Source of the DNA: Bacillota bacterium
GTDB lineage: Bacteria; Bacillota; Clostridia; Christensenellales; UMGS416
Assembly (NCBI GenBank): GCA_023410875.1
Contig: JAEYPH010000036.1
Span: forward strand, 11 to 64,010
Length of the DNA: 64,000 bases
Reading direction: 5' to 3'
Made by a program: the position numbers and the translations under genes. Below are positions 52,531 through 62,004 of this stretch, piece by piece (position 1 is the stretch's first letter; every line of letters begins with the position of its first letter). The notes under the pieces are model-generated. The model ran no database searches and had not been told where the DNA came from. It worked only from the letters and a program-made list of their open reading frames with translations.

Positions 52531-53919
52531 TCAACGGTGGGCCATGCCCCGGCTCAGCGACTGCCACAGCGCTTCGGCGCCGAATTCCAGCCGCCACACC
52601 GCGGCCCCGGCCAGCGCGTTGAAGGCCAGCAGCCTACCCTTGAGCTCCAGAGAAGGCGCGTCGTCGCAGTAGATGACCCGCAGCACGTTTTCCGCGTCCA
52701 CGAAGGCGTAGCGCGTCATACCCTTGTTGGGCATCCATGTGCCTTTGTTCAGCCAGTATTGCACCTGGACCTTGTTGCCGCCGGACGTATAGGACTCCTC
52801 GGCCAGCAGGGATGCGACCTGGGCCGGCGTGGCTGTCCTGCGGGTTTTGGATTTGGTCAGCTCCGGGAGCTCCTTGAGCGTTTCGCCCTCGGGCACGTCA
52901 AATGTGTATTCCACGCCAAAGAACGGTATGCCCATGAGGATGCGGTCTTCGGGCACCTGGTCCAGCATCCTGCGCATCTTGTCCGCGACCCAGTCGATGG
53001 CGGCCACAGGTTCCAGCGCCGGGTTGTCATAGGCCATCACACACACATAGTCTGCCGCCTGCCCTAAGCCCCGGCGGTCATAGCACTGCCACCAGTTGTT
53101 CGGGTCTTCGTTGGCCAGCGGCACCGTAACGTCCACGGAAATGACAGTGCCGGGAGGCAGGTCTTTTTTTGCTCGTGCCACGAAGGCCGTGAACTTCACC
53201 TTGTCCTTGGGGTCCATCTTTTCAAAATCGAAGTTGATGCCGTCCAGCCCCAGCGTGCTCACGAAAGTGCTGAGCCTGGCATAGAAGGCATCCTGTTGCT
53301 CCTTGTCATTGACCAGCGCCCAGGAAAGGTCCGGGTCAAAGCTGACCACCGAAGCCCACACCTTCGCGCCGCCCGCGTGGGCGGTCTGGATGTATTGCAC
53401 CGGGTCCCAGCCGTTCACCTTGCCCTCCAGCAGGGTGTTCAAGTCGTTGACGACGGCCTGGCCGTCGGCGTCCTTTTCCACATAGAACCACGTGGGTGAC
53501 AGCACATTTACGCCCGGGGGCACTGCGTTGAGCTTTTTGGGCCGGTATTGCCAGGCCAATGTCAGCTGCGGGGGCCGCGCGGCCAGGGGCACGCGGGTGT
53601 TGCCATAGTCCATGCCCGAGGGTGTCCAGGGCTCTTTGACCTCCTGCGGGCGGATGCCCGCGGCGTTCAGCGCCTGCACATACCAGCTTAGCGGCGACAG
53701 TTTGCGCACGGTGGCGTTCTGGCCGATGGCCTGTCTCACAATGCGATCATAGCCGCCTCTGGTTTGGCCCAACGCGCCGCCCGCGCTCAGCAGCATCACC
53801 GCCGCCAGCATCGCCGCGAAGGCCGGCACCGCCCAGTCCGGACCCTTCGGCGTTACATTTTGGAGTGCCGGTTTGTGCCCTTTGCGGCCTCTCTGAGGTT
53901 TTTGCAGGTTAATTCCCAT
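52531..53919 (-). CDS. membrane-anchored glycoside hydrolase family 18 protein (YaaH/YdhD-like)
   Basis: GH18 catalytic motif LDGINFDFE; N-terminal TM anchor AVPAFAAMLAAVMLLSAGG. Start set at ATG 53919, which has no SD but has TGTTATAAT ending 6 nt upstream. Confidence 0.75.
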   Translation of the reverse strand: MGINLQKPQRGRKGHKPALQNVTPKGPDWAVPAFAAMLAAVMLLSAGGALGQTRGGYDRIVRQAIGQNATVRKLSPLSWYVQALNAAGIRPQEVKEPWTPSGMDYGNTRVPLAARPPQLTLAWQYRPKKLNAVPPGVNVLSPTWFYVEKDADGQAVVNDLNTLLEGKVNGWDPVQYIQTAHAGGAKVWASVVSFDPDLSWALVNDKEQQDAFYARLSTFVSTLGLDGINFDFEKMDPKDKVKFTAFVARAKKDLPPGTVISVDVTVPLANEDPNNWWQCYDRRGLGQAADYVCVMAYDNPALEPVAAIDWVADKMRRMLDQVPEDRILMGIPFFGVEYTFDVPEGETLKELPELTKSKTRRTATPAQVASLLAEESYTSGGNKVQVQYWLNKGTWMPNKGMTRYAFVDAENVLRVIYCDDAPSLELKGRLLAFNALAGAAVWRLEFGAEALWQSLSRGMAHR

Positions 53920-54142
53920 GGTCGAATTATAACAAATTACGCATGTGGCGAAAAGGCACACTGAGGGGCTGCAAGCTTTTGAGGATGTAAAATTCCTGCA
54001 AAAATCGAAGATTTTGAGCAAAATGCTTTGAAGCCTGGGAAAAGACCACGGCGGCGGTAGAGGCGGGGCTCTTATCGCTATGGCAAATTCATACCATCCC
54101 GGCGGCAGTCATACCTATAAACACAAGTTTACGGGAGGCGCC

Positions 54143-55609
54143 ATGACCACGCGGGAATTGCAGGCGCTGCGCCAGAGGCGCGAGCTGGGCGGCGGCGAAG
54201 AGAAGCACGAGGCACGGTGGCGCGATGGGTCCTTAAGCGCGCGGGAGCGGCTTGCGCTGCTGCTGGACGAGGGAAGCTTCGTGGAAAGCGGCGTGTTCGC
54301 CGGCGAGGCGGATGCGCCGGCCCAGGGCGTCGTGACCGGCTTCGGCGCGGTGGAGGGTCGGCCAGTGTGCGTGTATGCTCAGGATTTCACGGTGCTGGGC
54401 GGTTCGGTGGGGCAGGCCCACGCGGATAAAATCTGCCGCGTCATGGACAATGCGCTGCAAAACGGCGTGCCGCTGGTGGCGCTGCTGGATAGCGCCGGCG
54501 CGCGGCTGCACGAGGGGTTGGCAGCGGTGGCGGCTTATACGCGGGTGTACCGCAAGGCCGTGGATTTGAGCGGCCAGGTGCCCACCATCGGCCTTGTGTG
54601 CGGCCCGTGCGTGGGCGGCGCGGCGTGGGCAGCGGGACTCATGGATTTCGTGTTCACCGCCGGGCAGCGCGCCCGGGTGCAGACCTGGGGCCCCCAGGTC
54701 ATGGAGGCAGCCGGACAGCCGGCGCCGGCGCCAGCCGCGTGCGGCGTGGCGCAGTTTGCGTACGCCGACGAGCGGGACGGCCTGCTGGCCGTGCGGCAGC
54801 TGCTGGGGTATCTGCCGCCCAACTGCCTGGAGGACGCGCCGGTGGTGGAGCATACTGAGAGCCTTGCGAACGAGGAAGCCGCGGCGGCACTGGACGCACT
54901 GACGCCCGGCTGCTACGACATGTCATGGGTTTTGGACGCCGTGGCCGACAGCGTGATGCCGACGTACGCTGACTATGGCTCCGGCGTGATCACGGCCCTT
55001 GCCCGCGTGGGCGGCCGGACCGTGGGCCTCGTGGCCACGCAGCCGCGGACCAACGAAGGCATGATGGATGGCGCGGCGTGCCGCAAGGCGGCGCGGTTCG
55101 TGCGGTTCTGTGACGCATTCCGGCTGCCGGTGCTGACGCTGGTGGACACCGCCGGTGTGGCGATGGACGCAGCCGAGGAGGCGGGAGGTCTGGTGAACAG
55201 TTGCTGCGAGCTGCTGGATGCCTATGCCCGGGCCACGGCGCCCAAGGTTACGGTGCTGTGCGGCCGCGCCAACGGCAGCGCCATGGCGCTGCTGGGGTGC
55301 CGCGAGCTGGGCATGGACGCCGTGTATGCTTGGCCACAGGCACAGCTGAGCGTGCTGCCGCCGGAAACGGCGGCCAACATCCTCTTCGCCCGGGAGATCG
55401 CCGTGGCGGAGGACCCGGCAGCCGCCCGCGCCGCGGCCATCGCCCGCTGGCAGCTGGACGAGAGCAGCCCGTTGCACGCGGCGGAACTGGGTTTGCTGGA
55501 CGACATCATCGCCCCGAGGGACACCCGCGCCACGGTGCTCGCGCAGCTGGAGCTGCTGCTGGGCAAGCGGGACCGCCGCCCCCGGGGGCGGTTCTTCCGC
55601 GATGGATAG
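54143..55609 (+). CDS. acyl-CoA carboxyltransferase, 12S / MmdA / PccB type
   Basis: Start trimmed to MTTRELQALRQRRELGGGEEKHEARWRDGSLSARERLALLLDEGSFVE (GGGAGG RBS). Two crotonase-like carboxyltransferase halves. Confidence 0.9.
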   Translation: MTTRELQALRQRRELGGGEEKHEARWRDGSLSARERLALLLDEGSFVESGVFAGEADAPAQGVVTGFGAVEGRPVCVYAQDFTVLGGSVGQAHADKICRVMDNALQNGVPLVALLDSAGARLHEGLAAVAAYTRVYRKAVDLSGQVPTIGLVCGPCVGGAAWAAGLMDFVFTAGQRARVQTWGPQVMEAAGQPAPAPAACGVAQFAYADERDGLLAVRQLLGYLPPNCLEDAPVVEHTESLANEEAAAALDALTPGCYDMSWVLDAVADSVMPTYADYGSGVITALARVGGRTVGLVATQPRTNEGMMDGAACRKAARFVRFCDAFRLPVLTLVDTAGVAMDAAEEAGGLVNSCCELLDAYARATAPKVTVLCGRANGSAMALLGCRELGMDAVYAWPQAQLSVLPPETAANILFAREIAVAEDPAAARAAAIARWQLDESSPLHAAELGLLDDIIAPRDTRATVLAQLELLLGKRDRRPRGRFFRDG

Positions 55610-55619
55610 AGGTGAGATC

Positions 55620-56045
55620 ATGGACTTTCTTCGAGACAACCTGACGTTGGTGCTGACGGTGGCCTTTGTGCTGGCCGTGGCCCAGGGCATGCTGGCCCAG
55701 GCCCTGGCTGAGGAAAAGGGCCATAGCAAGCACTGGTTCTGGGCCGGCTGCCTGCTGCCTTTGGTGGGCGTCATTTGGGCGGCGGGCCTGCCGGATGCGC
55801 GGCTGCGGGCCGAGGTAAGGGAGTTGGCCCAGGCCCAGAGGGAGAGCGCGCCGCTGCAGCCGACGGCCGTGGAGCCCGCCCGGCAGGGGCGGGAGCACGA
55901 GGATGTGGACGAGCTCGTTGCGGCAGTAACGGCTTCACTGGCAGCCATGGGGACCGGCGCCAACACGCGCCCTGTGCTGCGCAGCATCCGCCGGGCCGGT
56001 GGGCCCACAGCGTGGGCCCGCGCCGGCGACCGGCGCAGGGCATAG
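55620..56045 (+). CDS. small membrane protein with OadG/MmdD-like C-terminal region
   Basis: Two N-terminal TM helices. The C-terminus VDELVAAVTASLAAMGTGANTRPVLRSIRRAGGPTAWARAG resembles the conserved tail of the gamma/delta anchor subunits of Na+-translocating decarboxylases. Confidence 0.6.
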   Translation: MDFLRDNLTLVLTVAFVLAVAQGMLAQALAEEKGHSKHWFWAGCLLPLVGVIWAAGLPDARLRAEVRELAQAQRESAPLQPTAVEPARQGREHEDVDELVAAVTASLAAMGTGANTRPVLRSIRRAGGPTAWARAGDRRRA

Positions 56046-56072
56046 CGCGATGGAGTTGGGAGGAACCATGAC

Positions 56073-56564
56073 ATGATCCGCAGATTTTATGTCACCGTGA
56101 ATGGCCGCGGTTACGAGGTGGAGGTCGAGGAGGTTGCGGCCTTCCCCCGGCCGGTGGCGCAGGCGCCGCGGACGCTGGCCGAGCAGCCGGAGCTGCGCCT
56201 GTCGGCTCCCGCCGCACCTGCGGAGGCGCCGGCTGCCATGGCACAGCCCTTCCCAGTAGAGCCGCCGGCCCAGAGCGCGCCCGCCGCGCCCAAGGCCGTG
56301 CCAATGCCCCCCGGCGGCGCCGTCAACGCGTCGCCGAAGGCGATGCTCCCGGCCGCAGCCGTAACTTCGCCCATGCCCGGTAAAATTCTCTCGGTCAAAG
56401 TGACCGTGGGGCAGGTCGTCAAACGCGGCGACGTGCTGATGATACTGGAGGCCATGAAAATGGAGAACGAGATACAGTCTCCTGCCGACGGCATGGTCAG
56501 CGCCATCGCCGTGGAGGCGGGTCAAACGGTGGAGGCCGGCGCGGCGCTGGCGTCCATCGGCTGA
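56073..56564 (+). CDS. biotin carboxyl carrier protein (1.3S / MmdC type)
   Basis: Ala/Pro-rich linker then SPMPGKILSVKVTVGQVVKRGDVLMILEAMKMENEIQSPADG (biotinyl-Lys motif AMKM). Confidence 0.92.
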   Translation: MIRRFYVTVNGRGYEVEVEEVAAFPRPVAQAPRTLAEQPELRLSAPAAPAEAPAAMAQPFPVEPPAQSAPAAPKAVPMPPGGAVNASPKAMLPAAAVTSPMPGKILSVKVTVGQVVKRGDVLMILEAMKMENEIQSPADGMVSAIAVEAGQTVEAGAALASIG

Positions 56565-56574
56565 GGAGGCGACC

Positions 56575-57972
56575 ATGGCCAAGGTGCACATCACCGATAC
56601 GATATTGCGCGACGCCCACCAGAGCCACGCCGCCACGCGCATGACCACCGCCGACATGCTGCCAGCGCTGCCAGCGCTGGACCAGGCGGGCTATTGGTCA
56701 CTGGAGGCCTGGGGCGGCGCAACCTATGACACGTGCCTGCGTTTTCTGCGGGAGGACCCGTGGGACCGCCTGCGGACCCTTCGTGCCGGTTTAGCAAAAA
56801 CGCCGATTCAAATGTTGTTGAGGGGGCAGAACCTGCTGGCCTACAAGAACTTCCCTGACGACGTCGTGGAGATGTTCGTGCGCCGGGCCATACAAAACGG
56901 CGTGGGTGTGGTGCGGGTATTCGACGCGCTCAACGACGTGCGAAACATGAAGACCGCCATGGCCGCCGTGAAGCGCAACGGCGGCCATCTGGAGGCTGCG
57001 CTGTGCTACACGACCAGCCCTGTGCACACGACGCAGTATTTCGTGGACATGGCCGCCGAGCTGGAGGCGCTGGGCGCGGACACCATCGCCATCAAGGACA
57101 TGGCCAACCTGTTGCTGCCCTACACCGCCGGGGAACTGGTGACCCGGCTCAAAAAGCGCGTCAAGGCGCCCATCCACGTGCACACCCACAACTCCAGCGG
57201 CACCGGCGACATGGTGTATCTCAAGGCCATAGAGGCAGGCGCTGACATTGTGGACACGGCCCTCTCGCCCATGGCCGGCGGCACTTCTCAGCCGGCCACG
57301 GAGCCGCTGGTGGCCAGCTTAAGGGGCACGCCCTATGACACCGGCATGGATCTGCGGCACTTAAGCTCCATCGCGTCCCATTTTCGCGAGGTGTCCGCCC
57401 GCATGGCCAAGGGTGGCTCCATCGATCCTGCCGTGTACCGCGTGGACATCGATTCACTGATCTACCAGGTGCCCGGCGGTATGTTCTCCAACCTGATCTC
57501 CCAGCTTAAGAGCCAGAACGCGCTGAGCCGCCTGCCCGATGTGCTGCGAGAGGTGCCCCGGGTGCGGGAGGACTTCGGTTATCCGCCGCTGGTGACGCCC
57601 ACCAGCCAGATCGTGGGCACGCAGGCGGTGCTCAACGTGCTGTCCGGGGAGCGCTACAAGCAATTCACCAAGGAATCCCGCGGCATGCTGCGCGGCGAAT
57701 ACGGCCGGCTGCCCGCGCCGCCCAACCCCGACGTGGTCAAGCTGGCGCTGGGCGATGGGCCGCGCATCACCGGCCGGCCCGCCGACGAGCTGAAGCCGGA
57801 GCTGGGCCGCCTGCGCGACGACATCAAGGGCCTCATGGAGCAGGAGGAGGACATCCTGAGCTACGCCATGTTCCCCACGGTGGCCATGGATTTTTTCCAG
57901 TTCCGCCAGGCAAAGAAATATCGTGTGGACCACACGCTGCTGGACAGGAAGGCCGGCGTACACCCCATATAG
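56575..57972 (+). CDS. pyruvate/oxaloacetate carboxyltransferase (OadA N-terminal / transcarboxylase 5S type), no biotin domain
   Basis: ITDTILRDAHQSHAATRM, AIKDMANLLLP, HVHTHNSSGTG; 465 aa, ends before any biotinyl domain. Confidence 0.92.
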   Translation: MAKVHITDTILRDAHQSHAATRMTTADMLPALPALDQAGYWSLEAWGGATYDTCLRFLREDPWDRLRTLRAGLAKTPIQMLLRGQNLLAYKNFPDDVVEMFVRRAIQNGVGVVRVFDALNDVRNMKTAMAAVKRNGGHLEAALCYTTSPVHTTQYFVDMAAELEALGADTIAIKDMANLLLPYTAGELVTRLKKRVKAPIHVHTHNSSGTGDMVYLKAIEAGADIVDTALSPMAGGTSQPATEPLVASLRGTPYDTGMDLRHLSSIASHFREVSARMAKGGSIDPAVYRVDIDSLIYQVPGGMFSNLISQLKSQNALSRLPDVLREVPRVREDFGYPPLVTPTSQIVGTQAVLNVLSGERYKQFTKESRGMLRGEYGRLPAPPNPDVVKLALGDGPRITGRPADELKPELGRLRDDIKGLMEQEEDILSYAMFPTVAMDFFQFRQAKKYRVDHTLLDRKAGVHPI

Positions 57973-58034
57973 TTTCGCGGTTGCCGACACAGCGACAACC
58001 GCGATTTGGACGGCTTGCATATGGGCTTGCTTTC

Positions 58035-58060
58035 GGCCTGCCGATAACCGTCGGCAGGCC
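58035..58060 (+). repeat. hairpin carrying the conserved 16-mer GCCGATAACCGTCGGC
   Basis: GGCCTGCCGA-TAACCG-TCGGCAGGCC in the 296-nt spacer after the 5S gene. No adjacent T-tract. Confidence 0.6.
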
Positions 58061-58268
58061 TGCGCTTGTCTGCAACAATCCATGCTTTTCCTGTAGAAGT
58101 GTTGAGATCGCCTGCGGGCGGGTTTTGGTTTGGCAGCCTGCCTGGGAACCCGTTTCCTCGGCGGAATGAATCCGCCTTCGGTATCTTTCTTTTAAAAGGC
58201 TGGCACATAGTCGAAAAGCCATTGATGGTGTTATACTATAGCCATTCGCTACATCGAGGGGGCTGCCG

Positions 58269-58886
58269 ATGGACTTCAACTCCCGCTCGGCCCAGTGGGA
58301 TACGCCCATGCGCGTAAAGCGCGCCGCGGTTGTGGCGTGCAAGATTGCCGACTTTGTACCGGTGACAGAAGACATGGACGCGATGGAATTTGGCTGCGGC
58401 ACCGGGCTCATCAGCTTCGCGCTGCGGGACCATTTGCGCAGTGTCCTTCTGGTGGATGCATCCGACGGCATGCTGGCGGTGGCGCGCCAGAAGATTGCCG
58501 ATGCCGGCGCGTGCAATCTGCGCACCCTGCAGCACGACCTGAGCAGCGTCGAAGGCTTGCCGCAGGCGGCGTTCGATTTGGTTTATGCATCCATGGCGCT
58601 GCACCATGTCGTGGATGTGGACGCCATCGTCGAGGTATTCCGCGCGCTGCTCAAGCCCGGCGGCCGCCTGTGTATCGTGGATCTGGATGCCGACGATGGC
58701 AGCTTCCATGCCGACGAGCCGGACTTTAACGGTCACGACGGCTTTGATCAGCGGGAACTGGCGGATATGCTGAGCCGCCATGGCTTTGTCGGCGCCCGCA
58801 GCGAAACCTTTTTGCAGGCGCAGAGGGACCGAGGCGGGCGAGTTCTCGATTATTCGCTGTTCACTCTCTGTGCTCAGAAGGCTTAA
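58269..58886 (+). CDS. class I SAM-dependent methyltransferase
   Basis: Motif I AMEFGCGTGLISFAL, motif post-I LVDASDGML, LKPGGRLCIVD. Confidence 0.88.
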   Translation: MDFNSRSAQWDTPMRVKRAAVVACKIADFVPVTEDMDAMEFGCGTGLISFALRDHLRSVLLVDASDGMLAVARQKIADAGACNLRTLQHDLSSVEGLPQAAFDLVYASMALHHVVDVDAIVEVFRALLKPGGRLCIVDLDADDGSFHADEPDFNGHDGFDQRELADMLSRHGFVGARSETFLQAQRDRGGRVLDYSLFTLCAQKA

Positions 58887-58974
58887 GACCGCGCAGGAGA
58901 ATTAACGAGGGCATGCTGGCCCGGGCGTCGGCGGCAATGTTATACTAGACACAATCATTTAAGAGGAGTCGGCC

Positions 58975-59730
58975 ATGCGGATACTGGTTTCCAACGACGA
59001 CGGCATACAATCTGCGGGCATCGCGGCGCTGGCGCGGGCCCTGCAGCAGCTGGGGGAGGTCACCGTGTGCGCGCCCCAGAGCGAGCAGAGCGCCGTGAGC
59101 CGGGCGCTGACGATGAGCCGCCCGCTGCGCATGGAGCCTGCGGAGGTGCCGGGGCTGGAATGCCCGTGCTGGGCCGTGGACGGCACGCCCACCGACTGCG
59201 TGAAGCTGGCCATCAGCCGCTTGTTTGAAGCGCCGCCGGATATCGTCGTCAGTGGCATCAACAACGGCGCCAACCTGGGCAGCGACGTGCTGTTCTCCGG
59301 CACCGTGGCCGCCGCCATGGAGGGCGCCATGCAGGGCGTGCCGGCGGTGGCGGTGTCGCTGAGGATGGGCGGCGAGACGACCTTTGACCAGGCTGCCGTG
59401 TGGGCGACCCAGGCGGTGCGCGCGGCGCTGGCCGCGCCGTTCCCGCTGGGCACGGTCATGAATGTAAATGTGCCTTCCTGCACGCCGCTGGGCTGGAAGC
59501 TGACGGCGCTGGGCGTGCTGGAATATGGCGAGACCTATGAGCAGCGCCGGGACCCCCGCGGGCGCAACTATTACTGGCTGACCGGCAACAAGCGGCCTGC
59601 CGACGCCCAGAGCGACGCCGACGACGCGTGGCTGGAGCGCGGCTACCTCACGGTAACGCCGATCAAATGCGACCTGACCGACTATAGCTTGCTTGAGAAG
59701 TGGTCACAGCCCGGTTTTTTGGACCGATAG
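58975..59730 (+). CDS. surE: 5'/3'-nucleotidase SurE
   Basis: MRILVSNDDGIQSAGIAALARAL...SGINNGANLG...SGTVAAAMEG. Confidence 0.95.
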   Translation: MRILVSNDDGIQSAGIAALARALQQLGEVTVCAPQSEQSAVSRALTMSRPLRMEPAEVPGLECPCWAVDGTPTDCVKLAISRLFEAPPDIVVSGINNGANLGSDVLFSGTVAAAMEGAMQGVPAVAVSLRMGGETTFDQAAVWATQAVRAALAAPFPLGTVMNVNVPSCTPLGWKLTALGVLEYGETYEQRRDPRGRNYYWLTGNKRPADAQSDADDAWLERGYLTVTPIKCDLTDYSLLEKWSQPGFLDR

Positions 59731-59862
59731 GAAGGATTTCACCGGATAATTGATCATTTTTTCTCGTTTCCTTGCGATTTTCTCTATGATCTCGCAAGGT
59801 TTTTTAATTTTACTTGCATTTTTGTGATATACTATATTTAGAACTCAATAAGGAGAACCCCT

Positions 59863-60729
59863 ATGCCCGATACGAAGGATCTTGCCCAGAGGATTGCCGA
59901 CGGCTACGGCGACATGAGCAAAGGCCAAAAACGCATCGCTGATTTTATTTCCAAGAATTATGACAAGGCTGCCTATATGACCGCTCTGCGCCTGGGCGAC
60001 AGCGTGGACGTCAGCGAATCCACGGTCGTGCGTTTTGCCATGGACCTGGGCTATGCCGGCTATCCGCAATTGCAGAAGGCGCTACAGGACATGGTGCGCA
60101 ACAAGCTGACCACGCTGCAGCGCATGGAGATGACCAGCGACATGAGCCGCTCCATGGTGCTGCGCACGGTGCTTCGGGCGGACATGGGCAATCTCAAACA
60201 GACGATTGACTCCATCAACGCCGAGGAATTCGAGCAGGTCGTGGACGAAGTGTACAACGCCCGGCGGGTTTACATCCTGGGCGCCCGCAGCTCGGCTCCG
60301 CTGGCGCAGTTCATGGGCTATTATCTGAACTTTCTGCTGGACAACGTCTATGTCGTCACGTCCGGCATCAACGACATCATGGAGCAGCTGGTGCACATCG
60401 ACAGCGAGGACGTGCTCGTAGGCATCAGCTTCCCGCGGTATTCCAAGCGCACCGTGGAGGGCGTGCACTTCGCCCACGACAAAGGCGCCAAGATCGTCGC
60501 CATCACCGACTCCGGCGCCTCGCCGCTCAATGAATACGCCGACCACGTGCTGGTGGCCCACTCCAACATCGCCAGCTTCGTGGATTCGCTGGTGGCGCCG
60601 TTCTCCATCGTCAACGCCTTCATCGTCAGCATCGGTTTGCGCAAGCGCCATGAGGCCTCGGAGAACTTCATGGAGCTGGAGCGCATCTGGGACGAGTTCA
60701 ACGTTTACATCGACAAGGGAAGAAGCTGA
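59863..60729 (+). CDS. MurR/RpiR-family transcriptional regulator (HTH_6 plus SIS domain)
   Basis: KGQKRIADFISKNYDKAAYMTALRLGDSVDVSESTVVRFA; SIS region VYILGARSSAPLAQFMGYYL. Confidence 0.9.
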   Translation: MPDTKDLAQRIADGYGDMSKGQKRIADFISKNYDKAAYMTALRLGDSVDVSESTVVRFAMDLGYAGYPQLQKALQDMVRNKLTTLQRMEMTSDMSRSMVLRTVLRADMGNLKQTIDSINAEEFEQVVDEVYNARRVYILGARSSAPLAQFMGYYLNFLLDNVYVVTSGINDIMEQLVHIDSEDVLVGISFPRYSKRTVEGVHFAHDKGAKIVAITDSGASPLNEYADHVLVAHSNIASFVDSLVAPFSIVNAFIVSIGLRKRHEASENFMELERIWDEFNVYIDKGRS

Positions 60730-60732
60730 ACC

Positions 60733-61968
60733 GTGGTGAGCGCGCAGGAACCGATCATCGTGGTGGGCGGCGGGCCCGCCGGCATGATGGCAGCGATACA
60801 GGCCGCCCGCCGGGGGTTGCCCGTCACGCTGCTGGAACGCAATGAAAAGCTGGGCAAGAAGCTGTACATCACCGGCAAGGGCCGCTGCAACCTGACCAAC
60901 GATGGCAATCTGGAACACCTTCTGGCTCACACCGTGCACAACGGGCGCTTTCTGTATAGCGCCTTTTCCGCCTTTGGCAGCCGCGACCTCATGGCCTTTA
61001 CCGAGGAACTGGGCGTGCCGCTGGTAGTGGAGCGGGGCCAGCGGGTGTTCCCCGCCTCGGGCAAATCCAGCGACATCCAGCGGGCGCTGCAGCGGGAGCT
61101 TTCCCGCCTGGGCGTGCAGGTGCTGCTGGGCCAGCGGGTCAGCACCATCGACGCGCAGGACGGCCAAATCGTCGCCGTGCGCACGGCAGGCGGCAGGAGC
61201 TTCCCCTGTGCCTCGGTGATACTGGCCACCGGTGGTCTTTCTTACAGCGCCACCGGCTCCACCGGCGATGGCTACTGCCTGGCGGTGGCTCTGGGCCACG
61301 AGGTGGAACCCGCCCGGCCATCGCTGATCCCCATCGAGACAGCCGAGGGCTGGGTGGCGGACCTTCAGGGCTTGTCCTTGAAGAACGTTCGCCTTTCCGC
61401 CGAGCAGCGGGGCAAAACGGTGTACAGCGAAATCGGTGAGATGCTGTTCACCCATTTTGGCGTCAGCGGGCCGTTGGTGCTCACCGCCAGCGCGCTGCTG
61501 GAGGAAGCGACGTTGAATGATGCCCGGTTGCACCTGGACATGAAGCCGGGGTTGACCGGCGAGCAGCTGGACGCACGCATTCTGCGGGACTTTCAGAGCG
61601 CGCCCAACCGGGCGCTGAAAAACGCCCTGTTCGAGCTGCTGCCTTCGCGGCTGTGCCCGGTGGCGCTGGCGCTGGCCTCGCTGGATGGCGAGACGCCGGT
61701 GCATCAGGTTACGCGAGTACAGCGTGAGGCGCTGGCTGCTGTCATCAAGGACATCGTGCTGACGCCGGCGCGCTTTCGCCCCATCGACGAGGCGGTCATC
61801 ACCCGCGGCGGTGTGTCCTGCAAGCAGGTCAACCCCAAGACCATGGAATCCCGGCTGGTACGCGGCTTGTTCCTGTGCGGCGAGCTGCTGGACGTGGATG
61901 CCTTGACCGGCGGCTTCAATCTGCAAATCGCGTTTTCCACGGGCTTTGCCGCCGGCAGCCATTGCTGA
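60733..61968 (+). CDS. HI0933/YhiN/BaiN-family NAD(P)/FAD-dependent oxidoreductase
   Basis: IIVVGGGPAGMMAAIQAA, KLYITGKGRCNLTN, TRGGVSCKQVNPKTMESRLVRGLFLCGELLDVDALTGGFNLQIAFSTG. Confidence 0.88.
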   Translation: MVSAQEPIIVVGGGPAGMMAAIQAARRGLPVTLLERNEKLGKKLYITGKGRCNLTNDGNLEHLLAHTVHNGRFLYSAFSAFGSRDLMAFTEELGVPLVVERGQRVFPASGKSSDIQRALQRELSRLGVQVLLGQRVSTIDAQDGQIVAVRTAGGRSFPCASVILATGGLSYSATGSTGDGYCLAVALGHEVEPARPSLIPIETAEGWVADLQGLSLKNVRLSAEQRGKTVYSEIGEMLFTHFGVSGPLVLTASALLEEATLNDARLHLDMKPGLTGEQLDARILRDFQSAPNRALKNALFELLPSRLCPVALALASLDGETPVHQVTRVQREALAAVIKDIVLTPARFRPIDEAVITRGGVSCKQVNPKTMESRLVRGLFLCGELLDVDALTGGFNLQIAFSTGFAAGSHC

Positions 61969-62004
61969 TGCTTGCGATTTTGCACCCGACGAAAGGGTGA
62001 GAGC

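Noticed and set aside
58201-58206. TGGCAC upstream of the methyltransferase gene as a sigma-54 -24 element.
   Set aside because: The required TTGC(A/T) -12 element 5 nt downstream is absent (the sequence is atagtCGAAA).
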